A program made the position numbers and the translations under genes. A stretch of 45,154 nt of DNA from Candidatus Vogelbacteria bacterium. GTDB lineage: Bacteria; Patescibacteriota; Minisyncoccia; Phycocordibacterales; UBA12445. The stretch is taken from NCBI GenBank assembly GCA_016201465.1, contig JACQCV010000022.1, forward strand, positions 1 to 45,154. The letters are read 5' to 3'. The notes beneath the pieces were generated by a model. That model ran no database searches and was not told where the DNA came from. It worked only from the letters and a program-made list of their open reading frames with translations. Below, in pieces: positions 23,330 through 30,778 of this stretch; within the stretch, counting starts at the first letter, position 1; every line of letters begins with the position of its first letter.

Positions 23330-24343
23330 ATGACCAACAGAATCAAATTTATTCATAACTACGATACTATCATTTCTCTCGAAAATTTGCTTGAAGCCTG
23401 GAAAGAGTTTCGAAACAACAAAAAATCTCGAAAAGATGTCCAAGAATTTGAAAGAAACTTGATGGAGAATATATTATTGCTCCACAAAGAACTCCTAACA
23501 AAAACCTATAAACATTCTTCTTATGAAGCTTTTAACATTTCTGACCCTAAACCAAGGAGGATACACAAGGCGAAGGTCCGAGATAGACTACTTCACCACG
23601 CCATATACAGAAAACTGTATCCCTTCTTTGATAAGACATTTATAGCTGACTCTTACTCGTGTCGTTTCGAGAAGGGGACCCATAAGGCTTTAGAAAGATT
23701 TCATTCTTTTTCTCAAAAGGTTTCAGGTAATAGGACCAAAGCCGTCTGGGTTCTCAAGTGTGACATACGAAAATTCTTTGCTTCAATAGACCAAAGTATT
23801 CTCATCGGAATCGTTAAGGAGTATGTATCAGATCAAAATATCACCTGGCTTATTTCAGAAATCGTTTCTAGTTTTCATTCGACGAAGGAAGGCGTCGGCT
23901 TGCCCTTAGGGAATTTAACCTCCCAACTTCTCGTAAATGTATACATGAATAAATTTGACCAATTTATGAAGCATAGGGTTAAGGCCAAATATTACATTCG
24001 TTATGCCGACGACTTTGTGATTATGTCTCAAGATAGAAAGTGGCTTGAAGAAGTATTAATTAAAATCAAGAAGTTTCTACATGAGAAGCTTAAATTAGAA
24101 TTACATCCGAACAAAGTCTCAATCGAAACACTATCTTCGGGGGTAGATTTTCTTGGTTGGGTTAACTTTCCAGACCATAGAGTTATGAGAACAACGACTA
24201 AGAAGAGGATGTTTAGAAATATTAAGACTAGAGAAGGGAAGCCCGAGGTTGTTCAATCCTATCTTGGACTCTTGAGTCATGGAAATGGGAAGAGGTTGCA
24301 GGATGGGATAGCTAAATTAAATACACAAGTTGGTAATAAGTGA
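23330..24343 (+). CDS. Diversity-generating retroelement reverse transcriptase
   Basis: Motifs SLENLLEAWKEF, DPKPRRIHKAKVRDRLLHHAIY, SYSCRFEKGTHKAL, LKCDIRKFFASIDQ and FLGW. GLPLGNLTSQLLVNVYMN carries the DGR-specific [LI]GxxxSQ (LGNLTSQ at 23906-23926). YIRYADDFVI has YADD at 24002-24013. Confidence 0.9.
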   Translation: MTNRIKFIHNYDTIISLENLLEAWKEFRNNKKSRKDVQEFERNLMENILLLHKELLTKTYKHSSYEAFNISDPKPRRIHKAKVRDRLLHHAIYRKLYPFFDKTFIADSYSCRFEKGTHKALERFHSFSQKVSGNRTKAVWVLKCDIRKFFASIDQSILIGIVKEYVSDQNITWLISEIVSSFHSTKEGVGLPLGNLTSQLLVNVYMNKFDQFMKHRVKAKYYIRYADDFVIMSQDRKWLEEVLIKIKKFLHEKLKLELHPNKVSIETLSSGVDFLGWVNFPDHRVMRTTTKKRMFRNIKTREGKPEVVQSYLGLLSHGNGKRLQDGIAKLNTQVGNK

Positions 24344-24355
24344 TAGAATGACGGT

Positions 24356-24865
24356 ATGAAAAACCCAGAAAAATTTACCCCCTACATTAAAGAAGAAGCC
24401 AAGAAAATAATTGAAGAGGTTAAGGAAACATTAGCTAAGGACTTCGGTCTCACGGAATTTACCCAAGTTGAGTTTTTTGAACTTCAACACGCACTACAAG
24501 AAGTTATGGAAGTTTATCCTGTGAAGATAAAACCTGTAACAGCCCAAGAAAAGATAGAGTATGTCCACTCAAAAAGTGTTTTTGGTTCTACCAAACTTGA
24601 AGTCATTGACCGCTGGCTTAGCAGAACTCATCACGTGAGAATAATAGATGTTCCTGTCCGTTATGTATTAACCGACCAGAAGACAGATGAACAATTTATG
24701 TTTAATGGTAAAGACTGTTCTTCAGGAAACAATACCTTGAAACAAGCCTGGCAGAAAAAATTTGAACTTCAAAAACTTGGTCATAGTGGAGTCATTTCTG
24801 GAGGTATTACAGAAGAGTTTAAGGAGATGCTTAGAGAGGACTCCAAGAAAAGGGAGATTATTTAA
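24356..24865 (+). CDS. Hypothetical protein, 12 nt downstream of the RT stop
   Basis: 169-aa ORF. I recognise no family. Confidence 0.5.
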   Translation: MKNPEKFTPYIKEEAKKIIEEVKETLAKDFGLTEFTQVEFFELQHALQEVMEVYPVKIKPVTAQEKIEYVHSKSVFGSTKLEVIDRWLSRTHHVRIIDVPVRYVLTDQKTDEQFMFNGKDCSSGNNTLKQAWQKKFELQKLGHSGVISGGITEEFKEMLREDSKKREII

Positions 24866-24940
24866 TTGACTTCTTGATTTTCTAATGTTAGTTTAGCATC
24901 CAGAACTCTCGTTTTTTGATAGACCAAAGGAGGTCTGAGG

Positions 24941-25498
24941 ATGACAGCTCAAAAGTTGCCAGTTTTTCCTAATTGGTTTCCATATAACGATATGCTTCTT
25001 GATGGACATATGAAAGTTGATGGGCACGAAGGTGTGAAGTCTAGATGTTGGGAATGGAACTATCGGGGGCCAGTATTGCTCTATAACTCCCTGAGAACTG
25101 CTAAGCCTGCAGTTAAGGCGTACGATTATACGAACAGTTCTGAAAACCATAAGGTAATCGTTGGAGTTGGTGAGTTGGTTGAAGTAAGAGGGTTTACGGT
25201 GGACGAAGCCGCACAGATGCTTGCAAACTTCAACAATATTTCACTCGACAAGATTAAGATTGCCCTTCGAAATATCAAGAGAAAGATGCCGAGCTACAGG
25301 CCCGAAGAAATCATCTACAACTTCTTTCAATTCGGGCCGTACATCGCTCCATTCAGAACAGGCTTCTTCTTCAAGAACCTGAGACGCTTCGACAAGCCAG
25401 TTTCTTTCAATTGGCCTGCTGGCCCAATCAAACCTATTTTTACTCAAGTTGTTCCTGGTTCGGAACTTGGTAAGCAGCTCAAACGAGCTGGGTTCTAA
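24941..25498 (+). CDS. Hypothetical protein (possibly an ASCH/PUA-like fold)
   Basis: SD AAGGAGG upstream. CWEWNYRGPVLLYNS ... IVGVGELVEVRGF is reminiscent of ASCH domains, but this is a weak call. Confidence 0.45.
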   Translation: MTAQKLPVFPNWFPYNDMLLDGHMKVDGHEGVKSRCWEWNYRGPVLLYNSLRTAKPAVKAYDYTNSSENHKVIVGVGELVEVRGFTVDEAAQMLANFNNISLDKIKIALRNIKRKMPSYRPEEIIYNFFQFGPYIAPFRTGFFFKNLRRFDKPVSFNWPAGPIKPIFTQVVPGSELGKQLKRAGF

Positions 25499-25515
25499 GA
25501 CAAGGAGGAAGCACA

Positions 25516-25989
25516 ATGTCTGATAGTTCAAAAGTTCTTGTAGCTGAAGCCAAATACACTCCAACGTCACTACTGGATATTATCTACGAGAAATGTGGCC
25601 ACGTGGGGCCTAGTTCTGCAGTTCTCGATTTCTATGGAAGAATAGTTGACTTCAAGATTCCCGAGAGAATTTACCAAGAAAAGAATGTGGAAGTTGGTTC
25701 TCCCATAACTATTGACGACCATTCTTGTCCCAAATGTGACTTTGAGAAATTCAAGATTGTTGTCATCCGTTGCGCCGTTTGTGGAGAGGGAATTTGCCCA
25801 GGTGATGAAATAGCTCTTTACGCAAAGGAAAGTAAGGCATTGAATCTTTCTATCGCCACAAGGGTTGGTGAAGAGATTGTCGGTTGTCTAAAGCAAGGCT
25901 GTGGCCCTGCTGCTGCCCTTGCTGGCAGATGGACAGAGAATGGATTTGAGCCCTTTGACTTTTCAAAAATGGTAATTCAACCATGGTAA
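25516..25989 (+). CDS. Hypothetical Cys-rich (zinc-ribbon-like) protein
   Basis: SD AAGGAGGAAG upstream. CPKCDFEKF...CAVCGEGICPGD gives paired CxxC motifs. Confidence 0.5.
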   Translation: MSDSSKVLVAEAKYTPTSLLDIIYEKCGHVGPSSAVLDFYGRIVDFKIPERIYQEKNVEVGSPITIDDHSCPKCDFEKFKIVVIRCAVCGEGICPGDEIALYAKESKALNLSIATRVGEEIVGCLKQGCGPAAALAGRWTENGFEPFDFSKMVIQPW

Positions 25990-26004
25990 TATTGTAAACG
26001 TTTT

Positions 26005-26036
26005 GCCCTGCATATAGCTGTAGGGCTTTTCTTTTG
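26005..26036 (+). terminator. Rho-independent terminator closing the RT-led gene string
   Basis: gccctgca-tatagc-tgtagggc followed by TTTTCTTTT. Confidence 0.7.
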
Positions 26037-26217
26037 CTTAACTCTTTGAATTTTATAAAACACTAACAAAAGACATACTTAAATATTCAAATTCTCTCTT
26101 TATCTGAGCCCAATTTACAGTTCTGAACTTGTCCGACAAGCGACCCCAACGAAAATCGAACCGATAATATCTTTTGTCTAGGCTGTAAAACCAGTTTGAA
26201 CTTGGTATACTTCTGGT

Positions 26218-26520
26218 ATGAAAAATAAAATATCTATAGGTGTCATTACATTTGCCCTTATTCTTTTTAATGGCGGGATTATTTCTGCCAACAAAGCTCT
26301 GGCCTATGAGGAAAGAATAGGTCAAGCTTCTTCAGCCAGGGAAGTAGTAGAGCAAACTGAAGAGAAGGTTCTTGGTTCTGAAAAACACTCGGAGCTTGAA
26401 AAAATGGAACCTAGTATAGATTCCTCAATTAAGAGAAACGGTCCTGTTGTATTAGTAGGAATAAGTCTTCTCTTGTTTGCAACTACTTTGTACTTGAAAT
26501 TCAAGAAGAAAAAAGTTTAA
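26218..26520 (+). CDS. Small exported protein with signal peptide and C-terminal TM plus Lys tail
   Basis: ISIGVITFALILFNGGIISANKALA at the N-terminus and VVLVGISLLLFATTLYLKFKKKKV at the C-terminus. Confidence 0.5.
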   Translation: MKNKISIGVITFALILFNGGIISANKALAYEERIGQASSAREVVEQTEEKVLGSEKHSELEKMEPSIDSSIKRNGPVVLVGISLLLFATTLYLKFKKKKV

Positions 26521-26554
26521 TCCTTTTTCAATCTATGTAAATTTCAGTTTTTTT

Positions 26555-26727
26555 CTAAACCACAGTGTTAATTAGGTTGGGGTAAAACGTCGGAATATAT
26601 ATTGTTGCATCATTCCTTCGCTCAAAAATAGTTCTAACATCCTCTACCACGGCACCCAGCGTTATTTTTCTTAAATAAATCGTTATCGTGTTTAGACTTT
26701 TTAGTTCTAACCTGGTAAGCTTTTGGT
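26555..26727. repeat. Inter-cassette repeat, copy 1 (~155 bp, runs up to the ATG of the cupin gene)
   Basis: 26574-26727 is almost identical to 27745-27898. The minus strand carries a 62-aa ORF (26555..26743) ending ...GAVVEDVRTIFERRNDATIYIPTFYPNLINTVV*. Confidence 0.85.
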
Positions 26728-27033
26728 ATGGAAAATTTATCAAACGATGCTGTAAGTATAGCTCCCCATTTACACAAGGTTATATTGGAAAATGATAAGG
26801 TTCGTGTACTTGATGTACTAGTTAAACCTGGGGACAAAGCAGAGATGCACACTCATCCCGCTAACGTCGGAATCGTTACACAAGCAGGTACATTAAATAT
26901 TACTTTTGAAGATGGAACGAATAAAGAAGTTAAACTTGAAAAGGGAGCAATCAACTTTTCTGGCCCCAACAAACATATGGTTGAAAATAAAGGGACAGAG
27001 GAGGTGCGAGTTATACAGGTGGAGTTAAAATAA
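26728..27033 (+). CDS. Cupin-domain protein
   Basis: GDKAEMHTHPANVGIVTQAG...FSGPNKHMVENKGTEEVRVIQVE shows cupin_2-type motifs. Confidence 0.7.
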   Translation: MENLSNDAVSIAPHLHKVILENDKVRVLDVLVKPGDKAEMHTHPANVGIVTQAGTLNITFEDGTNKEVKLEKGAINFSGPNKHMVENKGTEEVRVIQVELK

Positions 27034-27045
27034 GTTTAAGTTTGT

Positions 27046-27714
27046 ATGAAAAAATTTTCTGACTTAAAAGTTGTTATTGAAAACCCAAAAGGAAGCTACA
27101 AATCATTTGAGGTTGAGGGCGACCCTGTTTGGGAGCAGTACCCCCTTAAGGGAGTAACTTATCCTGTAGACTATGGCTATATCGAAGGATATATGGGTGA
27201 AGACGGGGCGGAATTAGATATATTCGTAGGAACTGGAAATAAATTCGGCCATATAAAAATCTGGAGGACGGATGTTCCAGAGGAGACTAAATTTTATGCA
27301 AAGCTTATGGAAGGAGAGCTTGCTAGGGTTATTGAAATATTTAAACCAGTATTAATTTCTCAAACTGACTTGAGCATGAATGAATTTATGGATGTAGTTA
27401 GTAAATTTAAGACGAATAACTTTCTTTACCGTTATACCTCTAATGGAGAAGGCATATGGTCCGCGGGAAAAAGGTTTTTACCTGAAGAATTAATTAGTGA
27501 AGCGTGGGAACAACGGAAATGGATGCCGAAGCCCAAACTTCCCGAGGGTGAGTATCAATTTTTTCTGACTGAAAAGGGTAAACAAAAGTATGACGAGACG
27601 TTGCTTAACGTTCATAAAAAATATTTAACTGATATTAAATTTGAAAAGATAGAGTCATTAACGATAGGGGATATTGTTTATCAAGATGAGTGGCAGGTGG
27701 TTACAAAGAAGTAA
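27046..27714 (+). CDS. Inorganic-pyrophosphatase-like N-terminal domain fused to an unknown C-terminal domain
   Basis: VIENPKGSYKSFEVEGD...YPVDYGYIEGYMGEDGAELDIFVG resembles the family I PPase core. The C-terminal ~100 aa are not recognised. Confidence 0.55.
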   Translation: MKKFSDLKVVIENPKGSYKSFEVEGDPVWEQYPLKGVTYPVDYGYIEGYMGEDGAELDIFVGTGNKFGHIKIWRTDVPEETKFYAKLMEGELARVIEIFKPVLISQTDLSMNEFMDVVSKFKTNNFLYRYTSNGEGIWSAGKRFLPEELISEAWEQRKWMPKPKLPEGEYQFFLTEKGKQKYDETLLNVHKKYLTDIKFEKIESLTIGDIVYQDEWQVVTKK

Positions 27715-27725
27715 TGTTATAGGGA

Positions 27726-27898
27726 CTAAACAATAGCGTATTGCAGGGTGGGGTAAAACGTCGGAATATATATTGTTGCATCATTCCTTCGCTCAAAAAT
27801 AGTTCTAACATCCTCTACCACGGCACCCAGCGTTATTTTTCTTAAATAAATCGTTATCGTGTTTAGACTTTTTAGTTCTAACCTGATAGACTTTTCGT
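27726..27898. repeat. Inter-cassette repeat, copy 2 (runs up to the ATG of the methyltransferase gene)
   Basis: See copy 1. The minus-strand tail reads ...FYPTLQYAIV*, with its stop at 27726-27728. That is the same offset (26 nt before GGTAAAA) as in copies 1 and 3. Confidence 0.85.
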
Positions 27899-28729
27899 AT
27901 GAAAGATTATAAGTACGACAAAATCACTCCAACTGCAGATTTGATTTCCTACTTCAGGACTTTTTCTGATATTCCGTACACTAAAGAGATTGCCGAAATC
28001 ACGGGTGCTGAAGAAATAGCGAGGAAGATTTTAGGCGAACATTTCAAAGATAGTATGTTTCTAGCTCCGATATCAGAAGTGCGCTATAAGAGGATAGATA
28101 TTCAAGCACAAAAATATAAAAACATTCTTGAGGTGGCTGTCGGGCGTTCCCCAAGAGATTTAATTTTTACAGAAAACCCAGAAATCAGTTATGTCGCAAC
28201 AGATTTATCAGATTCACTTAATAATCACGAAACGATTATTAAAGAGTTAATGGCTAGACATAAACTCAAAAGACCAAATTTATATTTTGCATCAGTCAAT
28301 GCGTTAGAGAGTGTGGATTTCAATAAAGCATCTGATTTATTACCAGAAGGTCCTGTCGCAATAATCTCAGAAGGTTTTATGGTTTATTTATCCAAGGAAG
28401 AGAAACAGATATTTCTGAAAAATGTTTTAGAAATCCTTATTAAAAGAGGAGGATGTTTGATAACCTCGGATATTAATTTTACAAAAAGAAGTAATATTGC
28501 AGCTGGTATTATGGATTCAATTTCCTCTACTGCTGGTAGAGATATGAGAGATTTGAGTTTTGATAATGCTGAGGACGCTAAAAACTTTCTATCTGAAGCG
28601 GGCTTTGATTCAGAGATTGTTTCCGACCCAATTGACGTGGTTTCTGTTAAAGAACTGAAATTAGAAAATGACCCTCAGACAGAGCGAGTTATGAGTTTTC
28701 CAGTCTGGGTCCTTACACCTAGGAAATAG
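27899..28729 (+). CDS. Class I SAM-dependent methyltransferase (leucine carboxyl/O-methyltransferase-like)
   Basis: ILEVAVGRSPRDL, VATDLSD and ISEGFMVYLSKEE indicate a Rossmann methyltransferase pattern. Confidence 0.6.
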   Translation: MKDYKYDKITPTADLISYFRTFSDIPYTKEIAEITGAEEIARKILGEHFKDSMFLAPISEVRYKRIDIQAQKYKNILEVAVGRSPRDLIFTENPEISYVATDLSDSLNNHETIIKELMARHKLKRPNLYFASVNALESVDFNKASDLLPEGPVAIISEGFMVYLSKEEKQIFLKNVLEILIKRGGCLITSDINFTKRSNIAAGIMDSISSTAGRDMRDLSFDNAEDAKNFLSEAGFDSEIVSDPIDVVSVKELKLENDPQTERVMSFPVWVLTPRK

Positions 28730-28811
28730 TGAATTGTGGGGTAGGGTAAAAGGCAGGAATATAGATTGTCGCATCATTTCTTCTCTCAAAAATAGTTCTG
28801 ATATCCTCTAC
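28719..28811. repeat. Inter-cassette repeat, copy 3 (diverged, partial)
   Basis: It aligns to copies 1 and 2 over ~70 nt with 9 substitutions. On the minus strand it translates as GAVVEDIRTIFERRNDATIYIPAFYPTPQFTIS*. Confidence 0.8.
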
Positions 28812-28901
28812 CACGGCACCCTAGTAGGAATTTTGCTCAATATGTCAATCATGATAACAATTTTAATCATTTTAGCAACCCAATATTAGAAAAAGTATAC
28901 A

Positions 28902-28929
28902 TTGACTTTCGATATCTATAGTATATACT
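28902..28929 (+). promoter_or_regulatory. Consensus promoter TTGACT, 16 nt spacer, TATACT for the toxin-antitoxin pair
   Basis: TTGACT at 28902-28907 and TATACT at 28924-28929. The ATG at 28938 is only ~9 nt downstream, so the mRNA would be nearly leaderless. Confidence 0.55.
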
Positions 28930-28937
28930 TGAGATAT

Positions 28938-29213
28938 ATGAAAACAATGATTAATGTTAAAACAGATAGCGAACTTAAAAAAGCAGTCCAAGAAGTGGCT
29001 AGTGATTTAGGATTACCCCTTGGAACCATCATTAACCATTACTTGCGCGAACTTGTTTATGAAAGGCGGGTAGTTTTTGCAGATCATCCGATGCCGAATT
29101 CTAAAACACGAAAAATAATAGCTCAAGCCCTTCAGGATATAAAATACGGGCAAAATCTTTCAACCTCTTTTGATACAGCAAAAGGGGCTGTCGGTTATTT
29201 GAAATCGCTCTAA
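28938..29213 (+). CDS. RelB/DinJ-family antitoxin
   Basis: MINVKTDSELKKAVQEVASDLGLPLGTIINHYLRELV is a ribbon-helix-helix DinJ-like N-terminus. The start is at 28938 or 28947. Confidence 0.7.
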   Translation: MKTMINVKTDSELKKAVQEVASDLGLPLGTIINHYLRELVYERRVVFADHPMPNSKTRKIIAQALQDIKYGQNLSTSFDTAKGAVGYLKSL

Positions 29214-29218
29214 TTTTT

Positions 29219-29479
29219 ATGGTAATTAATTACCATCGTAGTTTTTTAAGAGATTTCAAAAGATTGACCACAAAAATCAAAGATAGGTTTTATGAAAGAC
29301 AGGAGATGTTTATGATCGAACATTTTAATACTTTATTAAATAACCACTCACTTAAGGGAAAATATAAAAATTGTCGAAGTATAAATATAACAGGAGACTA
29401 TCGGGCAATATATACAATAAATAGCGATTCATGTATTTTTATTAGAATTGGAACCCATGACGAACTTTACGGGAGATAG
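29219..29479 (+). CDS. YafQ/RelE-family mRNA interferase toxin
   Basis: 86 aa, with LNNHSLKGKYKNCRSINITGDYRAIY...IRIGTHDELY. It lies directly downstream of the antitoxin. Confidence 0.7.
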   Translation: MVINYHRSFLRDFKRLTTKIKDRFYERQEMFMIEHFNTLLNNHSLKGKYKNCRSINITGDYRAIYTINSDSCIFIRIGTHDELYGR

Positions 29480-29552
29480 TTTTTGTGAATAAAATTTGAG
29501 CCTAAAATCATCGAGTTTGTTTATGATAAATCATGAGTATTTAATAAAAAAA

Positions 29553-29595
29553 AGCCTTAGTTATCATTCTGTTGATCAGAATAATATCTAAGGCT
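29553..29595 (-). terminator. Long hairpin terminator (T-run on the minus strand), serving the convergent gene ends
   Basis: agccttag...attctg-ttgat-cagaat...ctaaggct, preceded on the plus strand by A8, which is T8 after the stem on the minus strand. Confidence 0.7.
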
Positions 29596-29608
29596 GTGTG
29601 TCTGTTTG

Positions 29609-30505
29609 TCAGACTTCTTTAGTGAAGAGTATTTTGTTTACAAGACTTTCGTACCATGCAGCTGCCAGTAGTCCAGCGAACGCTCCGGGTATGAGATAGA
29701 TTGTCGCGGGTTGTGGGAACTTGAAGATGAAGAGCATGGAGAGGGCTGCAATTGACCCTGCGACGTATCCGAGCCATGCCCCAATCACGAGGCTTGACTT
29801 TCGGTATCTTACCGCCAGTCGGAGTGCGCATATGACGATGAATCCAGGAATAACTATGTCTCCCAGGCCCAACATGAATTGGTAGTCGCTGTCGATCGAA
29901 AGTGTCTTAGGAATCATCACTAGCACCGGGATCAAGACTTTTCCACCAATCGTAGCCCCTGCCACAACTTTTTGCATGAGTCCCGCACCAAATACCATCA
30001 GAGCATCGTAGCCCATGATTCCAAGCGATAGGACAAACGACTGCTTCAAGGTGATGTTCCTATAAGTGACAAGGAACTGTGTCGCCATTAATATGGCCAT
30101 GGTGTCGATGGTGATCCGATTGGGATGAACATACCATCCATAGCTTAGTACCGCTGACAAGAAAATACTCCCTATCTTCGAGATAAACTTGTTAACTTTT
30201 GTTTGCACGAGAAGATCCTGGGTGAATTTCTCAGTCGACAAGAAGCATAGAATCAACATCAGTATTCGAAGATTGAGTCCAAGGCACATTGCCGCGTAGG
30301 TGCCAGAAAGTATCGTCACAAACCATGTGATAATGCTGGCCACTTGGTGTACTGCGTCCCTGGCAGACTTGGCTTCCCTGGGTAGTTTGGCGGCCCTAAT
30401 GTGGTCTGCGAGTCCAGAGAAAGCTATATATCCGGAGATCACAAATAGCACCATGATCCCGGCCTGTTGTGCGAAGACACCAATCATTAGGTTGGTGGGA
30501 ATCAT
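29609..30505 (-). CDS. Presenilin/signal-peptide-peptidase-like intramembrane aspartyl protease (family A22)
   Basis: Polytopic membrane protein with MGYDALMVFG (YD motif), LGLGDIVIPG (GxGD motif) and QPATIYLIPG (PAL-like motif), in the canonical order. Confidence 0.75.
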   Translation of the reverse strand: MIPTNLMIGVFAQQAGIMVLFVISGYIAFSGLADHIRAAKLPREAKSARDAVHQVASIITWFVTILSGTYAAMCLGLNLRILMLILCFLSTEKFTQDLLVQTKVNKFISKIGSIFLSAVLSYGWYVHPNRITIDTMAILMATQFLVTYRNITLKQSFVLSLGIMGYDALMVFGAGLMQKVVAGATIGGKVLIPVLVMIPKTLSIDSDYQFMLGLGDIVIPGFIVICALRLAVRYRKSSLVIGAWLGYVAGSIAALSMLFIFKFPQPATIYLIPGAFAGLLAAAWYESLVNKILFTKEV

Positions 30506-30778
30506 GGCAGTCCTCCTTTAGTTGTTTCAGTTTTCGAGGTACGTCGGTTCCAATATTAGTTTGATTTTACTATATCATATGTATTATTCTTTGTCAACTT
30601 TGTTTGGCTCTAGCCGTAAATAGTGCTAATTTTCCGATAGGTAATTAGGTTATTGTACGTTGCAAGATGGAGGAAGCAAAATGCAAATAAAGCGATTTGG
30701 GATAAACGTTGGCCTAAGGTCTAAGTTGTCGATATGCGGTTGAATGATTGGCGGTTTTTGTTGTGATATAATTTATTT

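Noticed and set aside
22900-23443. Track ORFs 22900..23244 (+), 23180..23443 (-) and 22881..23075 (-)
   Set aside because: The plus ORF is antisense to avd. The two minus ORFs are the two halves of the frameshifted avd gene: the wrong-frame N-terminal read-through and the C-terminal 64 aa. I merged them into one feature, 22881..23317.
26574-28811. Interpretation of the inter-cassette repeats as integron attC sites, MITEs or tyrosine-recombinase gene fragments
   Set aside because: I could not find the RYYYAAC/GTTRRRY core pair; the closest is the tagttctaac direct repeat. There is no convincing imperfect palindrome, no terminal inverted repeats and no nearby integron integrase. The conserved peptide (…DVRTIFE…TIYIP) superficially resembles integrase C-termini (…DLRTIQELLGH…TTxIYTH). 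However, it is ~8 residues too short and lacks the His, so I do not claim that.
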